From Candidatus Limnocylindrus sp. (lineage in GTDB: Bacteria; Chloroflexota; Limnocylindria; Limnocylindrales; Limnocylindraceae), in contig JBBAWH010000005.1 in the NCBI GenBank assembly GCA_040397235.1, forward strand, positions 21,118-85,117: DNA of 64,000 nt, read 5' to 3'. This document shows positions 29,474-40,531 of this stretch, piece by piece. The notes beneath the pieces are model-generated. The model did not search any database. It was given only the letters and a program-made list of their open reading frames with translations, and had not been told where the DNA came from. The translations under genes and the position numbers were made by a program. Numbering within the stretch: the first letter of the stretch is position 1; every line of letters starts with the position of its first letter.

Positions 29474-30216
29474 CTCTCCTCGCGGAGTTGTCGCAGGCGC
29501 TCATCAAGCACGGCGGTTGCCGCACGAACGCTCCCCATGAGTGGCAGTACCGCCACGAGGGTGAAGGCTCCCCCTGCGATCATGATCACACCCCTCACGC
29601 GCTGGGCGGTAACGATTTCGTTCAGTTGTGCCTGTACGTTGGTGTTCAGCGCCTCGGCGATGCCGAGCGACGGCTGCGCATAGACCCAAGGAGCCGCCGC
29701 GCCGCCCAACAGCCACGCGCCAAGGAGCAGCGCGGCAAGGACACCCCCGAAGGCGAATGGGCCATCGGTGATCAGGCGCGCTACGCGTGCGCGGCGCACG
29801 AGCAGCGCTACCAGACCAACCCACACCACATGCCCAGTGAAGACGAGCAGGGCAACCGGTGGCGTGGCGATTGACTGGGCGAGAAGGAGTGGGGTCCACG
29901 GGAGGCCTCCAGCAAGGATGGCGAGGCGTCGCTCGCGGCTCGAGAGCAGCCCCTCATGCTGCAGGCGCGCCATCCAGCTGAGAACTGCAAGGCCAGCGGC
30001 AACATCGAGAACGACCGCAACGAGGCGAAGGACTGAGAGGGCGAGCTGCTCGCCAAGAATTCCTGGAGCTGAGGCGACGGGATCTGCCGCGTAGGCGAGG
30101 ATGTTGTCGCCGCTACGAAAGAGGAGCCACCCGCGCAGCGCGAGCAGCAGTGCACTGGCAACAATCGCGCCGGTAAAGATGGTCTCGTTCTTGGGGAGGA
30201 GTCGGCGAGTGGCCAT
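29470..30216 (-). CDS. Hypothetical integral membrane protein
   Basis: 248 aa, multiple TM segments. Convergent with the aminotransferase (4-bp overlap). Confidence 0.4.
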   Translation of the reverse strand: MATRRLLPKNETIFTGAIVASALLLALRGWLLFRSGDNILAYAADPVASAPGILGEQLALSVLRLVAVVLDVAAGLAVLSWMARLQHEGLLSSRERRLAILAGGLPWTPLLLAQSIATPPVALLVFTGHVVWVGLVALLVRRARVARLITDGPFAFGGVLAALLLGAWLLGGAAAPWVYAQPSLGIAEALNTNVQAQLNEIVTAQRVRGVIMIAGGAFTLVAVLPLMGSVRAATAVLDERLRQLREES

Positions 30217-30224
30217 GTCTGCCC

Positions 30225-30902
30225 CTATCTTGCCGCGCGCGCTGACGAACGTTCATCGGCCCTTTGTAGGGCACTCATAAGCTCCTCACTGAGCTGAATC
30301 TTTGCGATGGCTTGCCGCAAGAGGATCGCGACGGCACTCAAGGCAACCCAGGCAGCTGGTACCCAAATCACCGACTGGGCGTATGTACCTGAACTCATCA
30401 AGCCAAACACCCAAAGAGGCGCAACGATCAGAGAGAGTCGACCAGCCCAGCGAGCTGAACTGTCGTCAGCCTTGAGGCGCGAAGCGCCCGTGTGGAGGTG
30501 TGCGTCGGCCAGGCTCCTCGTGTGTGCAGCCATCAGGCGACTAGGCTGGCCAATCAGCGGGCCGGGGAGTGCGGCGAGCAGGACCTCACGATTGATCATC
30601 GCCAACGCCACGACGGGTCGCGGCGTTGCGAGTGCGTGGGCATTCCGAAGGCTGGCGGCTAGCCATCGAAGAAGGAAGAACCAAGCCACTGGCACCGCAC
30701 AGAGCACGACAACGTTCGCTGTAAGGACCGTGCTTAAGGCGCGCGAGGCATCATCTTCAGTTGCTCGATTAATTGCGACGAGATCGAGCACCGAGAAGTA
30801 GCCCATGACCGTCCCCGCGGCAATTAGGGCAAGGAGCGCTAACAGGAGGAGTGCACGTCGGGCCGTCGCCGCCTTCGTGGCGGCGGAGAGGTAGGGGGTC
30901 AC
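30225..30902 (-). CDS. Hypothetical integral membrane protein
   Basis: 225 aa, TM-rich. Its start overlaps the pepN stop by 4 bp. Confidence 0.4.
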   Translation of the reverse strand: MTPYLSAATKAATARRALLLLALLALIAAGTVMGYFSVLDLVAINRATEDDASRALSTVLTANVVVLCAVPVAWFFLLRWLAASLRNAHALATPRPVVALAMINREVLLAALPGPLIGQPSRLMAAHTRSLADAHLHTGASRLKADDSSARWAGRLSLIVAPLWVFGLMSSGTYAQSVIWVPAAWVALSAVAILLRQAIAKIQLSEELMSALQRADERSSARAAR

Positions 30903-33526
30903 TTGCCGCTAGTGCCCTGCTGTCGCAACACGCGCATCAGGCCATCACGCTCAAGCAGCGCGAAGCGTCGCAGGCGTACCGCGTCAACCGCTGGGATGCC
31001 ATGCGCTGGGTCGGCAATGTTCGCAAGGAGTGCGTCAATAGCGGCGAGCATTGATGTTGGTGATCCCCAGAGCCCGAGTGAGGCGCTACGTGTGACCAGG
31101 TCGCGCGCAAACGTTGCGTCGGCTGATCCGAGGGCGAGGAGTGCCGTTGGGATCTGGGCAACATACGGCGCAAGCAGTTGGTGCTGCCACGGCCAGGCGA
31201 ACCCGCTCGCGGCGGCGAGTGTCTTACGTACACTGCCGTATCCGCCAGAGCGCAGGATGCGCGCCCATGCCGCGCGCTTCGCCGCAACGTTTGGCGTAGC
31301 TACCTCGGCGGCAAGGAGCGAACGTTCGCCGCGGTCACTCGGGTCGCGCTGCGCCTCTGCCGCAAGTCGTTCCGCAACGTTCGGTGCGCCGAATGAGGCC
31401 GCGCGTACGAGCAGCGACCAGCGGTGATCCTGATCAATTTCGACGCCGTCGAGTGGCGTCTCGCCGGCCGCAACCTGCCATGTCTCCTCAACATCTCGAG
31501 GCGTAACTGAGGCCATCACCATGACGCGCGACCAGACGATGCGCATCCCCTCGCTGCCACCGCGGGCTAGCCGGGCGCGTGCGGCATCAACGATGAGGCT
31601 CCCCCAGCGCTCGCGCTCGCCATCAGGGAGATAGCGAAGCAGGAGGCCGCTCAGCGTTGACTCAACAACGCCCTGCACGATGGATGAGTCAACTTCATAC
31701 GGGAGGCGGTCGATCAGCAGCTGCGCGTAGCGAGGCGCCGGGTAGCGGCCGTCGCGCACGAGCTCGTAGATCGCCATCCAGGTGAGCTGGCGCAAGAGCC
31801 CGTCGGGAATCGACTCCATCCGTGTCTCAGCGAAGCGGAGTGTCGCCTCATCGAGGGCGAGCTTGCCAACGGCGAGGTCGTCGTGATTCGGGATCACGGC
31901 AAGCGGGAGTGGCCGCCCAGCGGCGCTCGGCACATCGGTGCGCGCCCCGGTCACCAGCACCTCGTGCGGCTCAATGGTCACTGATTGTGCATCGCCCGGG
32001 TAGAGGAGGGCGACGCGCAGGAGGTGTTCGCGCAACACGTTGTCGCCCGAGACGACCTCTTGGGTGACCGTGAGGTTACCGATGGTGCCGCTAGCGCTCG
32101 AGGTAATCAGGGCGCCGAGCCTGTTTGGCCCACTGGTGCGCAGCCACTGTGCCGACCAGTCGGCGAGCGAGACGCCACTCCCCTCTTCGAGCGAGGCCAG
32201 GAAGTCGGCGAGAGTTGCGTTGCCAAACGCGTGTCGCTGGAAGTGGAGGCGTAGCCCTGCAGAGAAGCCAGCGCGTCCGAGACGTGCGCCGAGCTGCTTC
32301 AGCACCGCACCTCCCTTGCCGTAGGTGATTCCGTCGAAGTTCAGGAAGGTCTGGTCCGTATCGGCGACGGTGCCCGCGATCGGGTGTGTCGTTGGTGAGT
32401 CGTCTTCAACCAGCGACCAGCGCTTCAACTGCACGTTGAACTCCTGCCAGGCGGTCGTATGCTCCGACCCCTCGGTCAGGCAGAGGGCGGCCGCATAGGT
32501 GGCGAAGGATTCGTTGAGCCAGAGGTCGTCCCACCAGCGCATCGTGACCAGATTGCCGAACCACATGTGGGCGATCTCGTGGAAGACCACTTCGGCGAGA
32601 TCGGTCACGTCGCTCGGCGTTGGCGTGCTCAGGAAGATGTAGCGCTCGGTGTAGGTGATCAGCCCGACGTTCTCCATCGCGCCAACGTTGAACTCGGGGC
32701 AGTAGACGTGGTCGAGCTTCTCAAATGGGTACTCGCGACCGAAGAGTTCACCGAAGTAGGTGAACGCTTGGCTCGTCATCTTCTGGAAGAGGTCGTACGA
32801 GAGGTGCCTCTCTAGGGAGCCACGCGACCAGAGGCCGACCTGCACTGGGGTGGCGCGGCCTGGGATGGCCACCTCAAAGCGTCGCCCAACAAACGGGCCG
32901 GCGGCGAAGGCGAAGAGATAGCTCGCAAGTGGCGGGGTCTCGGCGAAGGTGTGCAGCGTGCCGCCAGCACCATCGGCGCTCGTCGCTGTTTCGGCGCCAT
33001 TGCCGAAGACCCGCCATGCGGCGGGGGCGGCGACCACCAACGAGAGCTTCGCCTTGATGTCGGGCTGATCGAAGATCGGCGCCATGCGATGTGCCTCATA
33101 CGGCTCAAAGTTCGTATACACGTATTCGGCCTGATCTTCGGGATCGATGAAACGGAAGACGCCATCGCCACCAGAGTCGTAGGTGTTTTCGTAGGACACG
33201 TCGAAGAGGTTCTCGGAACCCGCCTTTAGGTGGGCAGCTGGCAGCGTGAGGCGATACCCGCTCCACTCAGGGGCGTCGATGACCACGCCGTTAAGCGTGA
33301 GGCTGTGGATGGTGCGCCCGCGGAAGCAGAGGAAGATCGGCCCAGTGTGCCCAGCGGCGAGAGAGAAGCGTGTAACGAGGTGCCCACGGAAGGTCGCCAC
33401 GTTCGCAGCGAGGTCGAGCCGAAGCTCGTAGCGCACATCACCCACAGCGGCGGCGCGGGCGGCAGCCTCAACTTGCGTCAAGAGGTCGCGGGCCTCGGCT
33501 CCGGGGGTTTCAATGGTCAGGCTCAT
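30899..33526 (-). CDS. pepN: Aminopeptidase N (M1 family metallopeptidase)
   Basis: GAMEN-like motif and the zinc-binding site HEIAHMWFGNLVT...(18)...E. About 870 aa. Confidence 0.9.
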   Translation of the reverse strand: MSLTIETPGAEARDLLTQVEAAARAAAVGDVRYELRLDLAANVATFRGHLVTRFSLAAGHTGPIFLCFRGRTIHSLTLNGVVIDAPEWSGYRLTLPAAHLKAGSENLFDVSYENTYDSGGDGVFRFIDPEDQAEYVYTNFEPYEAHRMAPIFDQPDIKAKLSLVVAAPAAWRVFGNGAETATSADGAGGTLHTFAETPPLASYLFAFAAGPFVGRRFEVAIPGRATPVQVGLWSRGSLERHLSYDLFQKMTSQAFTYFGELFGREYPFEKLDHVYCPEFNVGAMENVGLITYTERYIFLSTPTPSDVTDLAEVVFHEIAHMWFGNLVTMRWWDDLWLNESFATYAAALCLTEGSEHTTAWQEFNVQLKRWSLVEDDSPTTHPIAGTVADTDQTFLNFDGITYGKGGAVLKQLGARLGRAGFSAGLRLHFQRHAFGNATLADFLASLEEGSGVSLADWSAQWLRTSGPNRLGALITSSASGTIGNLTVTQEVVSGDNVLREHLLRVALLYPGDAQSVTIEPHEVLVTGARTDVPSAAGRPLPLAVIPNHDDLAVGKLALDEATLRFAETRMESIPDGLLRQLTWMAIYELVRDGRYPAPRYAQLLIDRLPYEVDSSIVQGVVESTLSGLLLRYLPDGERERWGSLIVDAARARLARGGSEGMRIVWSRVMVMASVTPRDVEETWQVAAGETPLDGVEIDQDHRWSLLVRAASFGAPNVAERLAAEAQRDPSDRGERSLLAAEVATPNVAAKRAAWARILRSGGYGSVRKTLAAASGFAWPWQHQLLAPYVAQIPTALLALGSADATFARDLVTRSASLGLWGSPTSMLAAIDALLANIADPAHGIPAVDAVRLRRFALLERDGLMRVLRQQGTSGK

Positions 33527-33535
33527 CGCCAGATC

Positions 33536-34606
33536 CTAGCGGGTCGCTGGGGTGAGGGCGGCACGCCAAGCGGCTAGATCAACCTCGCGGAGCCGCGGCG
33601 ATGCGGTCGCCCCCGACGGTCGCCCGCGCTTCCCAATCGGCTGGCCGTCAATCTCATGAATGTCAGCGGTGAAGTCAATCGGTCGAATCCCCGAAATCGC
33701 ACTCCCAACGGCATAGGTGTCCACGCGTGATCCCGCAGCCTTGAATTCGGCGATGCGCTCCAGCGAGAGGCCACCCGAGATGACGATCTGTGCCGCCGTT
33801 GCACCGGCGGCATCGAGAGCGGCGCGCACCTCTGCGACAAGGGCGGGCGTTACCCCACCAAGCTCACTTGCACGATCGAGCCGCACGCCACTAAGTTTGC
33901 TCCCCAGCGCTGCAGCGACACGCGCCGACTCCTCGGACTCATCGCGGAAGGTGTCAACGAGCACGATGCGCGGAACCTCGCTCTCAATCTGGCGATCGAA
34001 GGCGAGTGCAGCTTCGACCGTGTCGCCGTAGATCAGCACCAGCGCATGTGGCATGGTGCCAACTGCCAGCCGACCAGCGCGAGAGCTCCCCGCCGTCGTC
34101 GACGCGCTCGTCGCACCGCCAATGATCGCGGCGTAGTCGAGCCGATCGGCAACGTTGGGGTGCACGTGGCGCGCGCCGAAGGCGATCACGGGGGTTGGTG
34201 CAGCAGCCTCGACGATGGCGCGCGCGGCGGTCGCCCAGCCGGTGCCGTGGGCCATCATTCCCAAATACGCCGTCTCAAGGCGTGCGATCGACTGATATGG
34301 CGCACGAATGCGTAAGACGACCTCTTTCACCTCAATTTGATCGCCATCCTTCAGCGCCCAGACCGTGGCGCGGCCGGCGGCTGCATCGGCCTCGAGTGCG
34401 AGTGAGAGGAGCCCCTTCGCCTCATCGATGCCGCAGAGGGTGGCGCCGGCGCGACGACAGAAGACCTCCAACGTTACGACTGGATTACGCCCCTCCCCCG
34501 CCAACACACGTTCGGTGCGCAGGAAGTAGACATCGGCGTTCTCGCCGATCAGGAGCGCAGGAAGCGGCCGTGGGACGGGTCGCGTGGGGAGATCAAGTTC
34601 TGCCAT
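33536..34606 (-). CDS. Nicotinate phosphoribosyltransferase family protein
   Basis: NAPRTase-like about 355-aa core. Start moved to the ATG at 34606 (MAELDLP); the upstream 47 codons are Arg/Pro-rich low complexity. Confidence 0.7.
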   Translation of the reverse strand: MAELDLPTRPVPRPLPALLIGENADVYFLRTERVLAGEGRNPVVTLEVFCRRAGATLCGIDEAKGLLSLALEADAAAGRATVWALKDGDQIEVKEVVLRIRAPYQSIARLETAYLGMMAHGTGWATAARAIVEAAAPTPVIAFGARHVHPNVADRLDYAAIIGGATSASTTAGSSRAGRLAVGTMPHALVLIYGDTVEAALAFDRQIESEVPRIVLVDTFRDESEESARVAAALGSKLSGVRLDRASELGGVTPALVAEVRAALDAAGATAAQIVISGGLSLERIAEFKAAGSRVDTYAVGSAISGIRPIDFTADIHEIDGQPIGKRGRPSGATASPRLREVDLAAWRAALTPATR

Positions 34607-34641
34607 AGGCGAAGCATAGCCCTGCGGCGAGCGGTCGGAGG

Positions 34642-35151
34642 CTACCCCTCCAGACGATCGGCGAGATCGGGGACGGCGCGCAAGAGGGGCTGGTTCCGGC
34701 GCGGAGAACCGTCGTCGGCGGGGATACGGCCGCCGATCCAGATCCATGCGGCGGTCTCATCGAGGAGGCGATCCGCAATCAACACCGTACGGGCGAGTGC
34801 CTCGACTAGGTCATGCTCGGTCGCCTGTTCGGCGCGCAGCTCAATACTGAGCACCGGCCGGCCATCTTCGGCAATGCCGAACTTCGCAAAGAGATACTTG
34901 TCGTTCCACTCCAAGAGTCGGCGATACGCCTTGCGTAAGCCGTCACCGAGCGGTGGCGCCAGATGCGCCCACACCACAAGGACGCCACCAGGGCGCGCAT
35001 CGTGAATGAGCGAGAGGCGCAAGGCACGGCGGCGCTCTCCATCGAGCTCAAGATCCCACACCGTTGCATCATCGCGTCGGTGTGGTGCGGGCACCACGAC
35101 ACCATGCCGTTCGAGCAGCGCGGGGATTGATGCGACCTGCAGGAGTGTCAC
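34642..35151 (-). CDS. YbjN-like putative sensory transduction regulator domain protein
   Basis: About 170 aa. The weak similarity pattern to the YbjN family is from memory. Confidence 0.35.
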   Translation of the reverse strand: MTLLQVASIPALLERHGVVVPAPHRRDDATVWDLELDGERRRALRLSLIHDARPGGVLVVWAHLAPPLGDGLRKAYRRLLEWNDKYLFAKFGIAEDGRPVLSIELRAEQATEHDLVEALARTVLIADRLLDETAAWIWIGGRIPADDGSPRRNQPLLRAVPDLADRLEG

Positions 35152-35155
35152 GTGG

Positions 35156-36487
35156 CTACCGCGCCGTGCGGCGCTGGTTCCAGGTGCGCCCAGCCTTGAT
35201 CGTTGCGCCGGCCTTCACGCTGCCAGAGTCGGGCCAATCGCTCAGGCTGGCCTCGGCATCCACCAAGACGTTGCGGCCAACCGATGCGCCGTCAGGCACC
35301 TCAGCCTGCTTGCCAATGACAACGAGACCAGTCGCAAGCATCTCGGGGTTGGCGCGGTTCGGTGCACCTGGCAGCTCGCCGGCGCCGATCTTTGCGTCGC
35401 GCCCAATGCGCACCTCTTTGTCGATGATGGCGTGATCAATGACGGCGCCACGCCCAATCACGGCATCGAACATCACGATGCTATCGCGCACGATCGCGCC
35501 CCGACCGACGCGCACACCAGGCGAAAGGACGCTGCGCTCCACGATCCCCTCAATCACACAGCCGTGCGAAATCATCGAACGCTCGACGCGGGCGTCGGCG
35601 CCGATTCGTGCGGGGGCTCGCTCCTCGGAGCGGGTGAGGATCAGCCAATCGCGCTCGTAGAGGTCGAGCTCGGGCTTCGCCTCGAGGAGCGCCATGTTCG
35701 CGTCGAAGTAGGCGGGGAGGGTCCCCACGTCTTGCCAGTAGCCGCGGAATCGATGGGCCATCACCTTTGCGCCACCGGCGAGCATTGCCGGCAACACGTT
35801 GGCGCCGAAGTCGGGGCGTGCCTCATCGAGCCACGCGGCCAGCGCATCGGCGGTAAAGGCGTAGATCCCCATGCTGGCGAGGCGACTGGTTGGCCGCTTC
35901 GGCTTCTCCTGGAAGCCGGTGATGTGGCTCCGCTCATCCATGTCGACCACACCCATGCGGCGCGCATCATTGAGGCTCACCTCGCGCACCGAGACGGTCA
36001 CGTCGGCACCACTGCGCTGGTGGGCAGTAATGAGGCGCTCGTAATCCATCTTGTAGATGTGGTCGCCGGCGAGCACGAGCACGGTCTCGGCACCACTCGC
36101 CACCACTTCACGAAGGTTCTGCCGCACCGCATCCGCCGTGCCACTGTACCAGTTGGCGGTATTGCCACGACCGACCTGCGGCTGCAGGAGCCGCACGCCG
36201 CCGATGGTGCGATCGAGATCCCACGCCCGACCGCGGCCGATATGGTCGTTCAGCGACCGAGGGTTGTACTGCGTGAGCACCAGCACGTCATCAATGCCGC
36301 TGTTCACACAGTTTGAGAGGGTGAAGTCGATGATCCGGTACTTGCCGCCGAATGGCACGGCGGGCTTTGCCCGAACGCCTGAGAGCACGCCCAGCCGGTT
36401 CCCCTCACCGCCGGCAAGGATCACCGCAACGGTGCGATCAGTACGCAGAGCAGGCTCCCCCAGGAAGGTACTTCTGAATGCAGACAT
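35156..36487 (-). CDS. glgC: Glucose-1-phosphate adenylyltransferase
   Basis: [10 protein letters not shown] nucleotidyltransferase motif, [14 protein letters not shown], and C-terminal left-handed beta-helix repeats. The listed start overlaps the upstream M23 gene by 50 bp, so the real start may be an internal GTG/CTG. Confidence 0.9.
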   Translation of the reverse strand: MSAFRSTFLGEPALRTDRTVAVILAGGEGNRLGVLSGVRAKPAVPFGGKYRIIDFTLSNCVNSGIDDVLVLTQYNPRSLNDHIGRGRAWDLDRTIGGVRLLQPQVGRGNTANWYSGTADAVRQNLREVVASGAETVLVLAGDHIYKMDYERLITAHQRSGADVTVSVREVSLNDARRMGVVDMDERSHITGFQEKPKRPTSRLASMGIYAFTADALAAWLDEARPDFGANVLPAMLAGGAKVMAHRFRGYWQDVGTLPAYFDANMALLEAKPELDLYERDWLILTRSEERAPARIGADARVERSMISHGCVIEGIVERSVLSPGVRVGRGAIVRDSIVMFDAVIGRGAVIDHAIIDKEVRIGRDAKIGAGELPGAPNRANPEMLATGLVVIGKQAEVPDGASVGRNVLVDAEASLSDWPDSGSVKAGATIKAGRTWNQRRTAR

Positions 36488-37880
36488 ATTTGCCGTTCAG
36501 CAAGAGCGAGAGGTGAAGGTGAGGTCCGGTGACGTTCCCGGTTGAACCAACAAAGCCAATCAGCTGCCCAGCCGCCACAAACTCACCCGCCTTCACGCGC
36601 CACTTCGGCTGACTAGAAACCTTCCCATCACCGATGTGCGCGTAGATAGAGACCATGCTCTTTGAATGGGCGATCCAAATCCAGGCGAGTGGGCGCATCC
36701 CCTTCCAGACGACGCAGTAGCTACAGATTCCGGCGATCATCACCTTCCCGCTCGCGGCCGCATAGAGTGGCGTGCCAGGTGCAGCGGCGATATCCACGCC
36801 GTTGTGCAGGTATGGATACGCCGACGGGCAGGTGGAACTCCTCGGATAGATCTTCCAGCTAACGCAGCCGAACTTTTGCGAGATATATGGCCGAGTGCCG
36901 CCAACCGGCTTGATGAAACTGGATCCGTTATGGACGATCGGCCACGTCCAACCACCCTTGTAGACGGTGGGGAGACCGGAGCCGAACTGGCCCTTGAGCA
37001 GCGCATTTACCGTTGCGGTGACGCGCGCCTCTTCGACCTTCAGGGCAGCAACGGCGGCGGCGAGCTTCTTCTTGTCGGCAATCACCTTCTCCATTGCCAC
37101 CTTCTGCGCGGCGATTGCCCTCTTCTGCGCAGCGATCGCGGCGGCAAGTCGTGCCTTTGCCGCATTCAACAGTGACACCTGCTTATCGAGCGCCGCCTTC
37201 TGTTTTGCGGCAGCAACGCGCAGCTTCTCCGTTGCGGCGCGATTGACACGAACCTGATCTTCAATCTCCGCAAGGCGCGCCGCGTCACGACTAATGCCGT
37301 CCGCGAGCTTCACATCCTCTGCGCCGAGGGCGTTGAACCCGGCGATGTCGAGCAGGATGTCGGTAAAGCTCTGACTGGAGAGCAGAACCCACAGCGGTGG
37401 CGTCTGGTCGGTGATGTACGCCTCGCGGATGCGAGAGGCCAAAATCGCCTGACGTGCCGCAAGGTCACGGGCTTTCGCCTGTTGCGCCTTCACCAGCCGA
37501 CTGATCTCAGCGTCAAGCGCGTTCACCGCCGCGTTCAGCTTATTCAGGCCAGCCTGTGCCTGCTGCACCGCGGTCGTGAGCTGTGCCACCTGCGTCGTGA
37601 TGCTTGTCAGCGTTGCGGTGTTCTTGGCCAGGGCTGCAGAGGTGGAGGCGAGCTGCGCCGTGAGGGCACCCTGCTGCGCGATCAGTGCATCGAGCGCCTT
37701 CTGTTGGGCGGCGAGCTGCGCGGCGAGCGCCTTCTGTTGGGCGAGGGCGTCATCGAGAGGGTCGCCGCGAACCGGTCCAGCCTGTGCCAAGCCGAGGCCA
37801 ACAATAAGGAGAGGGATGGTGAGCAGGACGCCGAGTCGGGCGCGCCAGGTACGTTGCTTCTGCGCAGGCGGGTGCTCCAT
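36438..37880 (-). CDS. M23 family metallopeptidase with a long N-terminal coiled coil (EnvC-like) and a Cys-rich C-terminal domain
   Basis: Signal/[14 protein letters not shown]. About 300 aa of AQ-rich heptad-like repeats. M23 motifs HNGVD and HLHLSL. Start moved to the ATG at 37880. Confidence 0.75.
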   Translation of the reverse strand: MEHPPAQKQRTWRARLGVLLTIPLLIVGLGLAQAGPVRGDPLDDALAQQKALAAQLAAQQKALDALIAQQGALTAQLASTSAALAKNTATLTSITTQVAQLTTAVQQAQAGLNKLNAAVNALDAEISRLVKAQQAKARDLAARQAILASRIREAYITDQTPPLWVLLSSQSFTDILLDIAGFNALGAEDVKLADGISRDAARLAEIEDQVRVNRAATEKLRVAAAKQKAALDKQVSLLNAAKARLAAAIAAQKRAIAAQKVAMEKVIADKKKLAAAVAALKVEEARVTATVNALLKGQFGSGLPTVYKGGWTWPIVHNGSSFIKPVGGTRPYISQKFGCVSWKIYPRSSTCPSAYPYLHNGVDIAAAPGTPLYAAASGKVMIAGICSYCVVWKGMRPLAWIWIAHSKSMVSIYAHIGDGKVSSQPKWRVKAGEFVAAGQLIGFVGSTGNVTGPHLHLSLLLNGKYVCIQKYLPGGACSAY

Positions 37881-37920
37881 CTGTGACCTCCTCTCCTCCG
37901 CTACGGCAAGAGTATCAGCC

Positions 37921-39513
37921 TCAGCGACGGACGCCACCCCCCATGGCTAGCTCAACGAGCGAGGTGTGGGCCGCGCCCGTAGAGCCGCGCCCAGCGAACG
38001 AGGCAACGCTGCGGCGATAGGCGGTTCCAGCAATATCGAGATGCACCCACGGCACGGTCACGAACTCGCGCAGGAAGAGGCCGCTGCGAATCAGCGAAGC
38101 CTCGCGCGAGCCTGAATTCTGGAAGTCGGCCGACCAGGTCGACATGTTCTTCATATAGGCCTCAGCCAGCGGGTACGGCCAGTAGACCTCTCCCGCGCGG
38201 CGTGCGGCGAGGTGGAACTCATCGAGGAAGGCTGCATCGGTGCCGCAGGTGGCGGCGACCTCGCCACCGAATGCGGAATAGGCGATTCCGGTCAGCGTTG
38301 CCACATCTACGAGATGCGTTGCGCCGAGCTCGCGCTCGGCGTAGTGCAACGCGTCGCCAAGGATGAGACGCCCTTCGGCGTCGGTGTTGGTGATCTCGAC
38401 GCGCTTCCCGTTGAGGGCGGTAACGACGTCGCCAGGTCGTGTGGCGTTTCCGCCCGGCATGTTTTCAACACAGGCCGCCACGGCGTGAATTGGGCGACCT
38501 GGGTCGAGCCGCGCAATGGTTGCCGCAGCCTCAAGCACGGCGATGGCGCCGTTCTTGTCGTGCTTCATCTCTTCCATTTCGGCGGGAGGCTTCAGCGAGA
38601 TGCCGCCCGTATCAAAGCAGACGCCCTTGCCAACCATCGCGAGGCGTCGCCCAAGAGGATCTTTCGCGCCAGGCTTTCCACCTGACAGCACAACGAGGCA
38701 GGGTGGGCTCTTCGAGCCTTTGCCGACGGCGAGCAACATGCCGGCGCCCATGCGCTGCAACTGTGCAGCGGTGATGATGGTGGCGCGCAGGCCAACGGCG
38801 CGTGCGCGATCGCGCGCCTCTTCGGCAATGCCGAGTGGCGGCATCTCGTTCGCCGGATAGTTAGACCAGCGTCGTGTACGCACAACACCGCTCGCAATGA
38901 TTTCGGCGCGACGGGCGCCCTCGCTTGCAGCGGCGAGATCGGTACCACTCGGAACGATGATTTCGAGCACGGTGAGTGCTGCAGGTTGCGCCTCGATGAC
39001 GCTCTTCCCGCCGATCCCTTCGTGGAATGAGCCGTCAATGACGCCGCGCACAATGAAGTCAACGGCGATCACCGCAGCGTCACTCTTCTTTGCCGCGTTC
39101 GCGGAAAGGCCTGGACCAAATGATGCGCCACCTTCGGCGCGGAGTGCCGGTGATGTGCTGGTTAGCGCAGCGATGATGCCGGTGGCATCAATGGCGAGTC
39201 GTGTGATCTTGCGTCCGGCGAGGCGACGCGTTGCCGCCGAGGCCCAACGCTGTAGCTCTTGTCGACTAAAGTCGGCGCGAGGGCCGGCGCCGACCAAAAG
39301 AAGGTGATCAGCGGGAAGGCGGCCAGCACTTGTCAGCGTGCAGCTGTAACGGCTCCCTGTCCCCTCGCCGATCGCGCGGAGTGCAGCGATGCGTCCGCCG
39401 CTCTTGCTGTCAGCTTCACGAAGATATGGTGCGTCGAGCTGATCGCTAAAGACTGGAGTGACGAAGACACCCGCCTTGGCCGCAGCACCCTTGGCTGTGA
39501 TGATGATCCGCAT
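37921..39513 (-). CDS. pepA: Leucyl aminopeptidase (M17 family)
   Basis: M17 signature NTDAEGRL and metal ligands. Start moved to the ATG at 39513 (MRIIITAKG), preceded by GAGGAGG. Confidence 0.9.
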   Translation of the reverse strand: MRIIITAKGAAAKAGVFVTPVFSDQLDAPYLREADSKSGGRIAALRAIGEGTGSRYSCTLTSAGRLPADHLLLVGAGPRADFSRQELQRWASAATRRLAGRKITRLAIDATGIIAALTSTSPALRAEGGASFGPGLSANAAKKSDAAVIAVDFIVRGVIDGSFHEGIGGKSVIEAQPAALTVLEIIVPSGTDLAAASEGARRAEIIASGVVRTRRWSNYPANEMPPLGIAEEARDRARAVGLRATIITAAQLQRMGAGMLLAVGKGSKSPPCLVVLSGGKPGAKDPLGRRLAMVGKGVCFDTGGISLKPPAEMEEMKHDKNGAIAVLEAAATIARLDPGRPIHAVAACVENMPGGNATRPGDVVTALNGKRVEITNTDAEGRLILGDALHYAERELGATHLVDVATLTGIAYSAFGGEVAATCGTDAAFLDEFHLAARRAGEVYWPYPLAEAYMKNMSTWSADFQNSGSREASLIRSGLFLREFVTVPWVHLDIAGTAYRRSVASFAGRGSTGAAHTSLVELAMGGGVRR

Positions 39514-39538
39514 CTGATCCTCCTCGCGCCTCTGACGC

Positions 39539-40471
39539 CTACTGCTTGCTGACCTTGCGCCTGAGGTAGCCGAGTCGGCCACCCATATCGACTGGGGCAA
39601 AGCCGAGCTCGCGCTCGACCGCATCCGTCGCACCGATGTTATCTAGTGCCAACTGGCGCAACTGGTCAGTTGCAACGGGGAATGGGAGGCGAATCGCCTC
39701 GGAGATGCGCGCGACGAGGGTGATCAGCAACACCGGCATTGGGATGATGATGCGGCGCTTCCCAAGGGCACGCGCCACCTCACGCGTGATCTCGGCATAC
39801 GTCCAGTAGCGCGGACCGCCCAGTTCGAACGATGCCTTGATGCTCCCCTTCGGTGCATCGAGCACCTGCACGATGGCGCGGGCAACATCACCAACCCAGA
39901 CCGGCTGAAAGCGACTCTTCCCGTTGCCAGGAACTGGCACCGCTGGCGCAGGAATCTTGACGAGCGCCGCAACGATATTGAAGAAGCCGTCGCGCTCCCC
40001 CCAGATGAGGCTCGGCTTGAGGATCGTCCAGTCGAGCGATGAGGCGCGAACGAAGCCCTCGCCGCGCGCCTTGGAGCTGGCGTAGTGCAACTCCGGTCGC
40101 TCCAGCACGCCGAGCGCACCGAGATGAATGAGCCGCTTGATGCCGGCCGCCTCGGCCGCCGCAACGATCGTGGCGGTACCAACGGCGTTGACGCGCTCAA
40201 GGTCGGCGCCGTCGTTCCAGTCGCGTGCTAGTGCCACCAGGTGCACGACCGCATCGCAGCCAACCATCGCCGCGTCGAGTGACGCACGATCGTTCACCGT
40301 TCCAATCCTAGTTTCGAATTTGCCGGGCGAGGCGGCGACGCGCGCCTGCAGGGCAGTAGCCCGTGCGTCGCTGCGTACGAGGGCGGTAACGGAGTGTCCG
40401 GCGCCGAGGAGTGCTGGCAACACGTGACTCCCCACGAATCCCGTTGCACCGGTGAGAAAGACTCGCGCCAT
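39539..40471 (-). CDS. NAD(P)-dependent epimerase/dehydratase family protein (atypical SDR, NDUFA9-like)
   Basis: N-terminal Rossmann motif FLTGATGFVGSH and the YxxxK region (YASSK). Confidence 0.75.
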   Translation of the reverse strand: MARVFLTGATGFVGSHVLPALLGAGHSVTALVRSDARATALQARVAASPGKFETRIGTVNDRASLDAAMVGCDAVVHLVALARDWNDGADLERVNAVGTATIVAAAEAAGIKRLIHLGALGVLERPELHYASSKARGEGFVRASSLDWTILKPSLIWGERDGFFNIVAALVKIPAPAVPVPGNGKSRFQPVWVGDVARAIVQVLDAPKGSIKASFELGGPRYWTYAEITREVARALGKRRIIIPMPVLLITLVARISEAIRLPFPVATDQLRQLALDNIGATDAVERELGFAPVDMGGRLGYLRRKVSKQ

Positions 40472-40531
40472 AGAACCCCCTCTTCGCTTCCGGGACCTCT
40501 CCGGGCCACCGCTCCACTCTATGATGCACCG

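Noticed and set aside
35006-36316. 436-aa + strand ORF
   Set aside because: It is antisense to glgC, which carries unmistakable ADP-glucose pyrophosphorylase motifs.
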